From Trichoplax adhaerens (lineage: Eukaryota; Animalia; Placozoa), in the NCBI RefSeq assembly GCF_000150275.1, contig NW_002060949.1, positions 1,361,836-1,425,835 of the forward strand: a stretch of DNA of 64,000 bases, in the 5' to 3' direction. The notes under the pieces are model-generated. The model worked only from the letters and a program-made list of their open reading frames with translations, ran no database searches and had not been told where the DNA came from. Below, piece by piece: positions 25,501 to 37,535 of the stretch (the first letter of the stretch is position 1; the number at the start of each line of letters is the position of its first letter). A program made the translations under genes and the position numbers.

Positions 25501-28500
25501 CACAAAGTCAAAAAGATACATAGTATTATAGTATAGTAAGAAGTAAATGTACAGCTCTAAATTGATAGTGCTGGAAAAACGTTGAAAGTCAATAGTTGCA
25601 ATAGTTCTATTAGTAATTTGTAATTATTTCATCAGATGTATTTAATGATACAAATAGCACTATATTTCTACTCTTATTTTGCAGATTGCAAATCTTTTTC
25701 ATTGTCCATCGAATATCAAATAATTAATCCCAAAAGTGGGATACAGTTTGTTGTACCTAGTACAGATAACGAACATATTAAGGTAACGTTAACTATTGAA
25801 AGAATAAAATTTTTTCTTGTACTTTTTTTAGTATTACCTATAGAAATGATTTATTACTTATCTTATTTGAATATAGAAATCTTTCCATGCGTTTACTTGC
25901 GGACATTACAATTCTTCCCGGTTAGTAGTTCAATCGAATAAAAAATATACAGTGAGATAAAACATGCAGTCACTATGTTTATTAGATATAATTCTATCAC
26001 TCATTATCTTCTAGATTATGGTTTCCTTGTATGGATAATTACTGGAACCTTTGTACTTGGAGCCTATCGTTTAATGTTGATGCGACAATGATCGCAATTA
26101 GCAATGGAGAATTAGTAAAAAAGGTTTATCAATTGTATTTTGATGATAATTTAACAGTAGCTTGCAGTCAGACTTGCCTAATTTTTAGCACCCTTGTACC
26201 TAAAACATCTATAATTTTCAGATCATTGACGATGATGGAAAAAACGTCACGTTTCATTATAAACTTGATGTGCCAACCGCTGCACCAAATATTGGCTTCG
26301 CTATCGGGTAAATACCAATCATTCTATATCCTTAGTTAATCTTTTATGGCTAACTTTTTTACGGCATCATTAGACTGTTTCTTTAATATATTTCATTTTC
26401 AAATCCAATATGATGCAAATTTAAATGCCTCAATTTATAAATGCAGATATTTTGAAATATTCGTTGATCCGAAAATTCCTACAGTAACACATTTTTGCTT
26501 GCCTGGATTATTGCCAGTGCTGAAACATTCCGTTTCTTTATTTCATAAAGTATAGAACTATTTATTCTGTAATACTATTAATAAAAATTTCAATATTTGT
26601 TCATTCAATATTCATCTTTTCTTTTTGTACAAGGCATATGACCTATATCAAAGCATTCTTAGTGCTCGCTTTCCTTTTAAATCTTATAAGCAAGTATTTG
26701 TTAACGAAAGCTACAACAACTGCAGTACTTATTCATCGCTGTCAATTTTAAAGTAAGTTGATCGCAGCTTGAAGTAATCAGTATTAGTGATTACATATAA
26801 TTATTACTTCAAGGAAAAATTTACCTTTTTATGGTACCTTTTCTATTTTTAGTACTGGCTTACTTCATTCCGCGCGTATAATTGAACAACATCATCTGTC
26901 TCAGCACGTAATGGCCATTGCATTAGCTCAACAGTATTTTGGTTGTTTTGTAGGAATTGAAACATGGTACGATCTTAACACCAGCATTCTCCTTAAAATT
27001 GATTATTATACGAAAGCTATTAACTATAACTTTTCGTCATAGGAATGATTGGTGGCTTACGGCTGGAATCTCTGGTTATCTATCTGCAATCTTTATCAAG
27101 CGTAGATTTGGAACTAGTGAATACAAACACTATATTCATAAAGTAAATTTGGATTGTATTCCCCGAAATAGATAAATAATATTTGTAATAAATGAGGCAT
27201 TACAGTATACTGTAATGTATAAGAATGAATATGTTGCATTTTTATATCACGAAATAGGAAATGGAGGCTCTCTCGGAATACGAATTTGCTGGACCGCCTC
27301 TACCACCTCTTCATGTTGACGAAACTTTAACCCAAGTTCATACGGATATTTCGGTTGCTTATACTAACCAGCAGGATCGTATTCCAATCAATTACCATCC
27401 TTGCTTTACTTTCCCGACTCAATTAGAAATGTTTGAACGACGATCACAATTAATTATGAGAATGATAGAAATTAGAATTGGTCAGGAATCGTTATTACAG
27501 GTCACTAAGCTCAATCATTATAAGTATCTTTAAAATGTCATACAAAATGAAAAATTTAATAAATTTTTTCGCTAATCAATTCAGTCTCATTATTTATCGC
27601 ATTCGTAGGCATTCAATAAATTGCTTACTCTAGCCAATACTGGTGCAAAGCATCATTCGCATTCTAGTCAATGGGGAAATCTCTTAATTTCTACCAAACA
27701 TGTGAGTAACTTATATTGTTGATGAAAATAATAAATAAAACATGGCAATAAAACAAATATTAAACTTATTTCTGCAGTTCCTGAAAACGATACACTTAGT
27801 ATCCGGAAAAGACATCAAAGAATTTATCAATCAATGGGTGTATCCAGTTTTAAAATTATATATGTATATACATTATATACAGTACACTATTGTGTGAGCT
27901 CTTAATCAAAGTACTACCTAATACAGTTCAAAATTTTTAATTAAGAAGATAAATCAATCCAGTATGATCTTTAATAAATACACTTCCAGATGTCGCTCAG
28001 GTTTACCGCACTTTAAGGGATCCTTCAGCTTTAACAGAAAAAGAAATACGCTTGAATTGGAGCTAACAGAAAAGCAGGATAAAAGCCAGTTTGGCTTTTA
28101 TGTGGTAAACTTAAATTACGTTGTTTGGATAAATACGCTAAAATTTTGTATTTTGATTAAGAAGGGAAAGGAATTCAGTATAACTATCTTTTATTAATGA
28201 ATTTTTGTTAAGGGGCCGTTAACTATTTGTGTTCAAGAAGTAGATGGGTCTTATACTCATACCCTTCAAATTGAAGAATCTACATATCATTATGATATTT
28301 CTTGTCATTCCAAAAGCAAAAAGTTCGTAGCCAAATCCATGATTTCGTATCGTTGATATTGTAGGATTTAATCCTATGGATAGCTTTAATGCAACGTAGT
28401 TATTATACCATTTACTAAGTGAATTATACACAATGTACTTTGTTATATCATTAAAACAATTTAGAAATAAAAAGAAGAAGATACCTTTAAGCAATGGAGA

Positions 28501-31500
28501 CGAGACTGAAATTAACTTTAGTAGTGCAGAGTAAGTCTGCGTCCTAACTTTGAAAGTAGCATTTTTAATGTTTGTTCTCTATTTATTCATCATATTTTTG
28601 TTGCAGTTCCGATTCTCCAGTACTATGGGTTCGCATCGACCCAGATATGCATTGGCTAAGAAAAGTAACATTTGATCAGCCCGATTATATGTGGCAGTAT
28701 CAAATGAAATACGAGCGTGATTCTCTTGCCCAATATTTGGTATGTCTTAATGTTTCTTACTTTCTCTTTTACCAGTTTATCATACACTGTAATGCTGAAA
28801 TTAATACTGTGCTATTCGAACTTTAGGCAGTAAAAGCATTGGCAAAGTATGTGTCCGCTGATTCCGTCTGCTGTTTAACTGAAATAATAAACGATAGACA
28901 TATTTATTATCGCATACGAGTAGCTGCAATAAAGGCGTTGGCCAAGGTCAGTCAGTACATTATTTATATTACTACTATATCGGAATGCCAAGATACTTTT
29001 TTTAATGGCTGTAATTTTAATGTTCATTTACAATAATTTATATTTTCTGTTAGTGCGCAACTGAAACAGCTGGAGAATGGGCTTTACAACGTTGCTCTAT
29101 TGCTACAAGTCTCTTTAATATCTATAGAAAAATGTTTGGATCACGCTCCTGTCAGACTATCCCTCGATACAATGATTTCTCATATATGATCGGTTATTTT
29201 ATTCAGAAAGTAAGAAAGATTATACTTCTTATTGTTACGATTTTCATGGCACTTGATAGTTAAAAACGAATTTTGGGAATTATTGCAGGCTATACCTAAA
29301 GCGTTAGGTTCTATTCGCAACTCACATGGTAATTGCCCACGAGAAATACTGGACTTTATAATTGATTTAATTAAGTACAATGATAACTCTCAAAATGAGG
29401 TGAGATTAATTGGTTTCAACATATGTGTATTATAAAATTCTAAGTTGATATTGGATGCTCCAGGATACATGGAGATGATTAAAACGATTACGATATCTTA
29501 CCTTTTAGTACTCAGACAACTACTATATGAGTAGTCTAATTGATGCCTTGACCAGCGCTATCAGTCCAGCTACAACCATAACTGGAATCAGGTAAAGATT
29601 ACATACGCGTATATCTATTTGAATTACTTCGTAAGACGCTAATGAGTTATGATTGTACTTTTGCTTTATAGTGAATCTAATTATACATTATCGGAAGAAT
29701 CAAAGGTATTTGTCCTGCACTATTTTAGATCAGTTACCGTGCGGTAATAGCAAATATTCCATAACTGATAAATAATATGTTTTCTATTTGACCTACTTAA
29801 AGATCATATTACAAGAGGTAACTCATGCTTTGAATTACGAGAAAATTCTGGCTTCACATCGGAATTGTATAAGCGTGAGGTAAATAGAGTTTACGTACGC
29901 TAAACGTATACGCATACATTTTATCGTACGAGTTAGATCATATTTGATAAAGTCCTTGCTATAAAATTTTTTTAGTTGCATCAAAAATATTAGAATGTTA
30001 CAAAAAAAAGGACACATCCCTCCAAGAGCGGATGTCTTCAGAATGTATGCCAGGTACAGCAAAATTATACCATGCCAGATTTTGTACTTTAATGTATATT
30101 TTATGATTATCGAAATTTCCAAACCTATTTTTAAAACACGAACTTAGATATGGCTTCTTTCAAGATATTAGAGAAGCTGCCATTGATCAACTGGCTGATT
30201 TTATCAAAGGTCGTTATTTTGTGTGTTGTACCATGAGCGGACTTGTGTAAAATTATACACCTTGAGTAATATATTTTTTCTTTGAAATATAGTGGAATCT
30301 AGTGTCGCTGATTTACGATGGATTTTTAGTTTAATTGAAAAAGATCCCGTTCCGTTTATGAGGTATATTGCTCTGTTACTGTATTTGTTATATTTTGTAT
30401 ACCAGTTCTCTCAATGTATGAGTTATCCGTACCATTACAGGCATTATGCATTGCAAGCCATCATCAGGAGTGCACCATTTTCAAATTTGAAAAGGACTAC
30501 CTCTGCTTTAAATAATATTGAATTAATAGAGCGATTATGGACTCTTATTGGGTAAAGTGACTACCTGTACCTTTTCTTCAACTTACACTTTTCCTTTTTC
30601 GTTGCTGATATTCATGGTATCTGAAATAAAGTGCATTTGTACTGAAATATTAAATTGTTCTATTTTTCTTCAAGCTTTGATACCAAACATGACTGCAGGC
30701 TGCGATGTGATGCTATGGAGCTCTATACTGAATTATATGGTAGATCGACCCCAGATTGTATACCACCTATACTAAATAGTGTAAGTTTAAGACAATTCGA
30801 ATCCTTACAATAATATAATCCATCTCATTCGTGAACTTGTTCTATTATTGCAGCCTGGTGTCGTTATTGATTTGCAGAGAAGAACATCTCGTCCTAGTAT
30901 ATCTCCATCCATGGTATAATACTGTACTATAGCTGTAATATATATTAAGTAATGGTGTAGATATAAAAGTGCACCTGCATAGGCGTAAAATGTATCCGAT
31001 TTGCTATAATCATGGAATGTTAACATTTTTTCTTCGATAGTCGTTTGATGACATATCATTTAAAGTATCTAAGCCATCAACACCGCAAGCTGTAGCAAGT
31101 ACGTCTCTGCTTAGACGATTACCATGGTTACTTTGACCAGCTACTGAATTTAATATTTTACTCTTCTATACCTATAGCACCAATAGGTCTTAACAGCGAT
31201 GATGACGGAAGTAGTGTCGTATCCGGACAAGATGCATTGAAAGTAACAATTAAGGTAGGAATGATGCTTCTGGGTAATCACTACATTAAAGTTTACTCTG
31301 CTGATTTAGCATGACAAAGTCGATAACATATACTTCTATACCTAGCTGGGAGATAACACTTTTTCCGGAACAAGCACTGCGACCGAAAATATTAATCCTA
31401 TTGGTAAACGATCAAGTTCGGATGATGTTAAAAGCCATAAGAAACATAAACATAAACACAAAAAAAGTAGCAAACAATCGTCGCCATTTTCCAATCCACA

Positions 31501-31507
31501 ACACTGA
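22565..31507 (+). CDS. TAF2: Transcription initiation factor TFIID subunit 2 (aminopeptidase-like fold), many short exons
   Basis: First exons 22565-22606, 23431-23481, 24722-24800, 25104-25185. Conserved segments: [25 protein letters not shown]...[93 protein letters not shown]. His/Lys-rich tail [11 protein letters not shown], stop at 31505-31507. The start exon is the least certain part. Confidence 0.95.
22771..23338. repeat. Tandem repeat, 141-bp unit, 4 copies, in TAF2 intron 1
   Basis: Units start at 22771, 22917, 23058 and 23199. The first unit has a 5-bp CTGTA insertion. Confidence 0.95.
24801..25103 (+). other. U12-type (minor spliceosome) intron in TAF2, probably AT-AA
   Basis: 5' splice site ATATCCTT at 24801 and branch site TCCTTAAC at 25086-25093. 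The frame is restored with AA at 25102-25103 (or AG at 25117-25118). Confidence 0.8.
27840..27989 (+). other. U12-like GT-AG intron in TAF2
   Basis: The frame forces donor GTATCCAGTT (QWV|CRSG). Branch-like TCTTTAAT at 27968-27975 lies ~15 nt before the AG. Confidence 0.55.
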
Positions 31508-32194
31508 AAATGGAGTACGAAATTTTTATTTTGTATATTCAAACGAAGCCATGACTTTTTGACTAGAATATTGTCATTAAGTAGGCAATCGTAAACATCG
31601 ATTTAAGAACAAGATTAATTAATGTACAATTATTGATATACAGAATCTACATCACCGAAATTTGTTGATATTAAATAAATAAATTATAAATATGTACTAA
31701 TATTATCCTTGAAATCAGCTGTATGCCAGATTTTAAATGTGAATTGTATTGAGATAGGATAAGCAAGTATGGTCACGAGAATAGTATCTTTGCTCCGCGT
31801 TGTAGAACCTGTTATTCTAATAATATATACTATACAATATGTGAATTTAATAAAGTGAAAATCCGAACAAGAACTTAAATGTAGCTATATCTGATGACAT
31901 AGTTTGTGCACTTCGGTAAACAAAGTGATAGATCGTCATACGAGAGTAAGAATAACACTGCCGGATTTTGCATAAGTATGCTTTCGATATTTATATTTTA
32001 ATAACGTAATGGGGAACAATAACTCATCAAGTACAGGAATACATATAAATTCAATAGGAATGATTACACATTTATCAATTTTAATTGCCTATCTGCGGAA
32101 GTATTCCTGTTATAGCAATATGATATTGTAGGATTCTAGAAATAGAATTACGTGGGTGGCAGGTGCAAATCGGATACTGATATAATAATGGTGG

Positions 32195-35100
32195 CTAAAC
32201 AAGATCGAGTAGTCTTCCAGAAGCTGAGACAAATTTTTCATGGCTGTATTCGTTGATTGGTAATGATGCGACGATGCCACCATCGTGAACAGGAGTGTCA
32301 GCTTGGCTATAATCAATTTGGTTGCCACTAAAAGAAGTCATTTTACCACCTAAAGACCTTAAAATGGCATTACCTGCACAAATATCCCATTTTTTAATTT
32401 TAGTTGAATGGATATATAAATCAGCAATATTCTTTGCGATTGATAAGGTTTTATAACCAGCGCCGCCAGCGGGAGTAATACGAACGTCTTGACCAAATGT
32501 TGTTTTGATAATCGCATTTACTTTACCTGAAAGTAGAAGATAAAAGTACGTGTGTATTCGGTTAATGTTAAATAGATTTAGTTGTACTGTATTCTTATTC
32601 AAGGGTAAATAATCTACGTTTGTCTCCATATAACAAGATACAACATTAAATGTACTAGTTAGCTATTATAGTCAGTTTTCATACCAGCATGTGATCGTGA
32701 CACCGTTACGTCTAGTGGCGTTGATTTCCTTCCCAATTTAGCGTAACTGATTAGATCTTTTGACCGACCGTGCCCAATCCAAGCCCAAACCGTATTTGAT
32801 GTGAACGGATTATATATGACGCCAATAACAGGCTTCCCCTTGATGGCAACACAAACCATGACTGTTACAAATTGATGTAAATGTTCTATTGCCCAAGATT
32901 GGATTTATCAGCCATGGCATAAATAGAAGATTCGAATAGGAATAATAACGGAGTTAGCACAATGCAACTTATGGAAAAAACTGATAATCATCATTTACAG
33001 CATATCATTTACTATTGTACAGTATTGTCTAATAAAGCAAACTTTATTGTTAATATTATTTTAGCAGATTCAGTCCGTATACTATAGATGAGTGTATGCT
33101 GTAGTTAAAAAATGTATAAAAAATTATTGACCAATAGGTGGTAAGTTGAAACTTTCTAGATTTTAGCTTACGTTTACCTATATATTCATGAGTCGCATCT
33201 AAAGGATCAACCCATACTGTAACTAAATCTTTAGGCACCGCAAGAAACTGACTAGACAGATGAGCTAACTCAGGCCTATTCAAATTGGGATACTGAATTG
33301 AGTTAATTTTTTTAGCCAGTACTTTTGAGTCAAGTTGTTCTTCCGACACCACGCGTAATGAAGGCCAAACTATAGTTACGAAAGAATATCAGATAGTTAT
33401 ATTAAACCGTTATAAGAGCTGATCATTGCGAATATTTGATGTACTTAGGTTTAAGAAATACGATGATGGCAAATGAGGCCCAAAACGGACAATATTATAA
33501 AATGGAAGTATGAAAAGCGTTAAAAACTACTCGTAATTACCCTGTACTTGTACAATAAAGAATGAAAGTAGATAATAGAAATATCAAAGTGAATTTACTC
33601 ATATATCTAATCATAAAATAGAAACAATTAAAAAGATCTAATTTTTGATTTTTACAGTATTCTAAACGTTCATATCAATTACTATAGTAGCGAACAAACT
33701 TTTCGCTAGCCATAGGCTGATATAGAAAACATTAGGGTTATGCTACCAGTAGCACTGTAAGAGTGAGAATCTGACGGTCGTTCAATACCTAATTCAAAGA
33801 TACTAACTGATATTATTTACGTATTTATATGTTAGAATACTTTCATGAAAATGTTATTATAATTTTGAAAAAGCTAAAATATTAATATTGAATATGCTAT
33901 GGTTATGATGCCTGTGGTACAGGTAGCGTCAAAATCGAGCTGTAATTAAATATCAAATTCGAAGGTAATAACCGACGTTGTTTGCTTAATTATTAATTTT
34001 TCATGCATTAAAAATACTTTAATAATTTTAATAAACGTTGTTCTAATTTCTTGAGTATCTATAATGAGAGGATTCGTCGTTAATCGAATATCACTATTAT
34101 GCTATAGTTCAACAGAACTATGCATTCTATATAGCTGAAAGCTTGCTTCGTGTTAGATAAATAGATTGATAAAATAGATCTATTCTTCGTATAGAAACAA
34201 GTGTACTACGTACAGTATCTTTGTAGGACTGGAAAATTATGGCTATTGATGATTGCTTGATTTGTCTACCAAAGTATTAACTGTAAATTATCTTCAACTC
34301 GTACGTATGATAACTTGAATGCTACTATAAAACTTAGTCAATATAGGGGTACAGTCGAAAGTCGAAAGCTATACGTATTCTAGTTATGATAACAATTAAT
34401 TGATAGTGTATTAGTGCACTCCTTACAAAGTTGGCTACAGTAGAGTTAATGTAGTCACAAGGTAGTAGTGCTCAATAAACCTTACTACTTTTAAAGTAAT
34501 ATTTGAATGGTAGTTGTGATTCTTATTCAGGCAACTGCGCTGTAGATATCGTACATTAATTTTATAGTCATGTACAGTACGTCCACAGAGTTCTTTACAT
34601 TTCCTTATAGAAAGTCTATCCATACCTTTGAATATCAATAACAAACTAAGTTAATACTGCTAATACAGACTGTTCACATGGCGATAACAACGACGTCGTT
34701 AATGTTAGTATATTAATTGTATCCCATTAGCCGATCCCACACATTTAGTGAAAAGACTAACTTTGACATTGCTAAGCTACGAGTTGAGTCATTGTCAATG
34801 AATCACATTTCTGTTCTAATTCGGTAGATATAATTTTATACAACGTTGTAGATGTTCATCGGTATAAAATAGAGTGATGATGAATGTGATTTTCCGCTAT
34901 GACATTTATTTTCATTTCATTTTAACCCGATTAGATTACTGTATTGTTGGTGTGCAGCTTCCTTTTCAAAACTACTAGTATCGTGGCGCTACAGCTATCC
35001 ATGATAATGTATCAAGTTTGATATTACTCTTATTATTACACTACAGTTCAAATCAATCAGAATATACCCTTTTTGAGACCAGCGACAATCTCTTGATTGG

Positions 35101-35470
35101 ATTGTAGATCAGCATTCGTAACAACAGATTGATTGAGTTGGGTAACACTATTTTGTAGATAGATTTGGCGAACAGCTTGACCACCACGTTGGGCCACTTC
35201 AATGGAAGCGGATAATAGCTCACTAATTTCAATTAAATGATCTAATTTAACGAAAGGTTTATGCTCGGGTAATGGTTCTTCGTACTCTAATAGAAACCAA
35301 GAACGATTGATATAAATGTATTGATAAAGGAAACCGCTTATAATGGTTGAAACGATCAAGATGAGTAAAAGAGCTTGCCACCGTTTTAAACTGGCTAACC
35401 ATGATCGAAATCGAAATAGCTGTTGCAAGATTCTTCTCTTCCAATCGACAGTTTGAAAAATAATTTGCAT
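32195..35470 (-). CDS. IMPAD1: Golgi-resident PAP phosphatase (inositol monophosphatase family), 4 exons
   Basis: Exons 35470-35068, 33369-33178, 32885-32685 and 32526-32195 are phase-consistent. N-terminal membrane anchor LLLILIVSTIISGFLY. Motifs VTNAD, VVSEE, VWVDPLDAT, VTVMVCVA, SRSHAG, PAGGAGYK, KKWDICAGNAILRSLGGKMT. Confidence 0.93.
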
Positions 35471-36184
35471 GTTTACTGGTGTTATTCTGTAGACATTCCC
35501 TTGTATTCTTAAGCTATATGTATTATTGATGCATGGATGGTAGAGAATTGTGTCACAGCTGAATGAAAACAAGCAAGTTTTGGAGTTGTTGGCCTGCCTT
35601 CAACTCGCTCCTTGCTTCTCCATGTAGTCACTTCGTCCTCTAGTCAAATATAGCATTATTCTCTAGTACAATTCCAACTGAAATGAACTCTTAACTATTA
35701 TCGTATTAATCGATCCAATAGCACAACTATCGCAACATGCCTATGGACGTATCCATAAAGGTTAGAAAAGGAAAAAATCAGGTTGGTTGCTTTCCAGTAT
35801 TGCAATATTCATTTATTACTTGACAGACCGGCTAAAGTGGCTATCAACAACTTTGTCGCCAATCTTTTCCCTTGGTGATACTAGAGTTCCTTCTTGATCA
35901 GACTGGACATTGGACAGTGGACACTTGATTCGGACGGTCGGACATCTTCTTCTAAAGGTTTCTATTGGTGCTGTACAATATGTAGTCTGTACGAAACGTC
36001 TTGCCTAAGCAGATGCTGGATTTTGTCGCTCGCTTTCTAGTACTATTACTACATAAGTTCTGCTTGAAAGCAGTTCTACTGTATAACGTCATTAATGCTT
36101 TTGAATTCATAGTACTGCAGTGATTAAGAAAAATAGACACACAAGATCCATTCTTACTCTACTGTAATAAATGATTTCAACATG

Positions 36185-36617
36185 ATCGGGGTCTTCCTTG
36201 TTCTAGTAGAGTCTGGCCGTCCGAAGAGTATCCTTTCTTGTCCGTCCGGTCGTGGTTTGAATCAGTAACAGAGACACGCTATAGTGTACTGACCATCCAT
36301 AATTTAATATCATCGGGGTCTTCCTTGTTCTAGTAGAGTCTGGCCGTCCGAAGAGTATCCTTTCTTGTCTGTCCGATCGTGGTTTGAATCAGTGACAGAG
36401 ACACGCTATAGTGTACTGACCATCCATCATTCAATATTATCGGGGTCTTCCTTGTTCTAGTAGAGTCTGGCCGTCCGAAGAGTATCCCTTCTTGTCCGTC
36501 CGATCGTGGTTTGAATCAGTAACAGAGACACGCTATAGTGTACTGACCATCCATCATTCAAAATCATCGGGGTCTTCCTTGTTTTAGTGGAGTCTGGCCG
36601 TCCGAAGAGTATCCTTT
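36185..36617. repeat. Tandem repeat, 127-bp unit, ~3.4 copies, between divergent IMPAD1 and DLGAP5
   Basis: ATCGGGGTCTTCCTTGTT at 36185, 36312, 36439 and 36566. Confidence 0.95.
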
Positions 36618-36730
36618 CACCTACGGTGGCCCAGAACTGTCATGGGGCACTCGGTCACTGGCTGGACAATACAGTCCAGTACGGTACGGTACGGCACTGA
36701 GATCGCCCTTCAGTTATTCATCTCAATGCA

Positions 36731-36795
36731 CCAATCAAAAGTTAGCTCCAATGGAATCAGCCAATTAGCAGCATCGGGGAAAATTTAAATTTGAA
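36731..36795 (+). promoter_or_regulatory. Putative G2/M promoter: three CCAAT boxes plus CDE/CHR
   Basis: CCAAT at 36731, 36748 and 36761. CGGGG (36775-36779), a 4-nt spacer, TTTAAA (36784) and TTTGAA (36790) follow, upstream of the DLGAP5-like gene. Confidence 0.55.
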
Positions 36796-37535
36796 GCGAT
36801 CCAACCGGTAACAGATCGAGAACATGACGGTATCCGCTATGAGTGGAGACCCTATTTCATACAGTAGAGTAGATAAAAAACTCGTGTATGCGACATGACT
36901 CTATCGCTGACACTCATGATTCCTGGCTATACCTGTGTTGCAAGTGCTCTCAACAGTCCATAGTATTCCATATAACCTACTTTACCCATCAGCCGCTACT
37001 TAAAAGCCTTTGCAATCCACTCCAACTTAATATTGACTAGTTCATCTTGGTCGGCTTAATCACCCCATTTCTTCCTCTAAAGTTCAGGAATTAACCTTCT
37101 GACTTTCTTGATCAGGTTGTAAACGATTACCAAGAGCAGTAGCAGGCGTTCAATCCTTTCCACTTGAATTACAGGTAAAAAAATGGAATAATGATCGTAG
37201 GTCAAGTGTGGTAGTCATGGCGATATCAGTCGATTTACTTGTCAAAGATTTGAGGAATAGGATAGCGACGATTCCATTAGTTAAACTATCATCATGGAGA
37301 AGAAATGAACAAAATAGGATTCTAAAATATTCTGTTGTCATAGAAAAGTATTCAGTATCACAGCATAAGACGAGTAATCAATGAATACTTCATTTGTTGT
37401 ACTGTATACCTTTCTCAAAATCATGATTGGAAGGGAAGAAAGAGATCATTGACCAAGCTTGCTCTTCCATCTTCAACCTTGCATTCTATTGCAAATTAAT
37501 CCATTGCTTATCTTGTTTTCTTATAGTGAGACAAA

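Noticed and set aside
36228-36617. U12 5' splice-site consensus GTATCCTTT in the 127-bp repeat units
   Set aside because: Upstream of the presumed TSS, with no paired branch site or exon; a single motif multiplied by the repeat.
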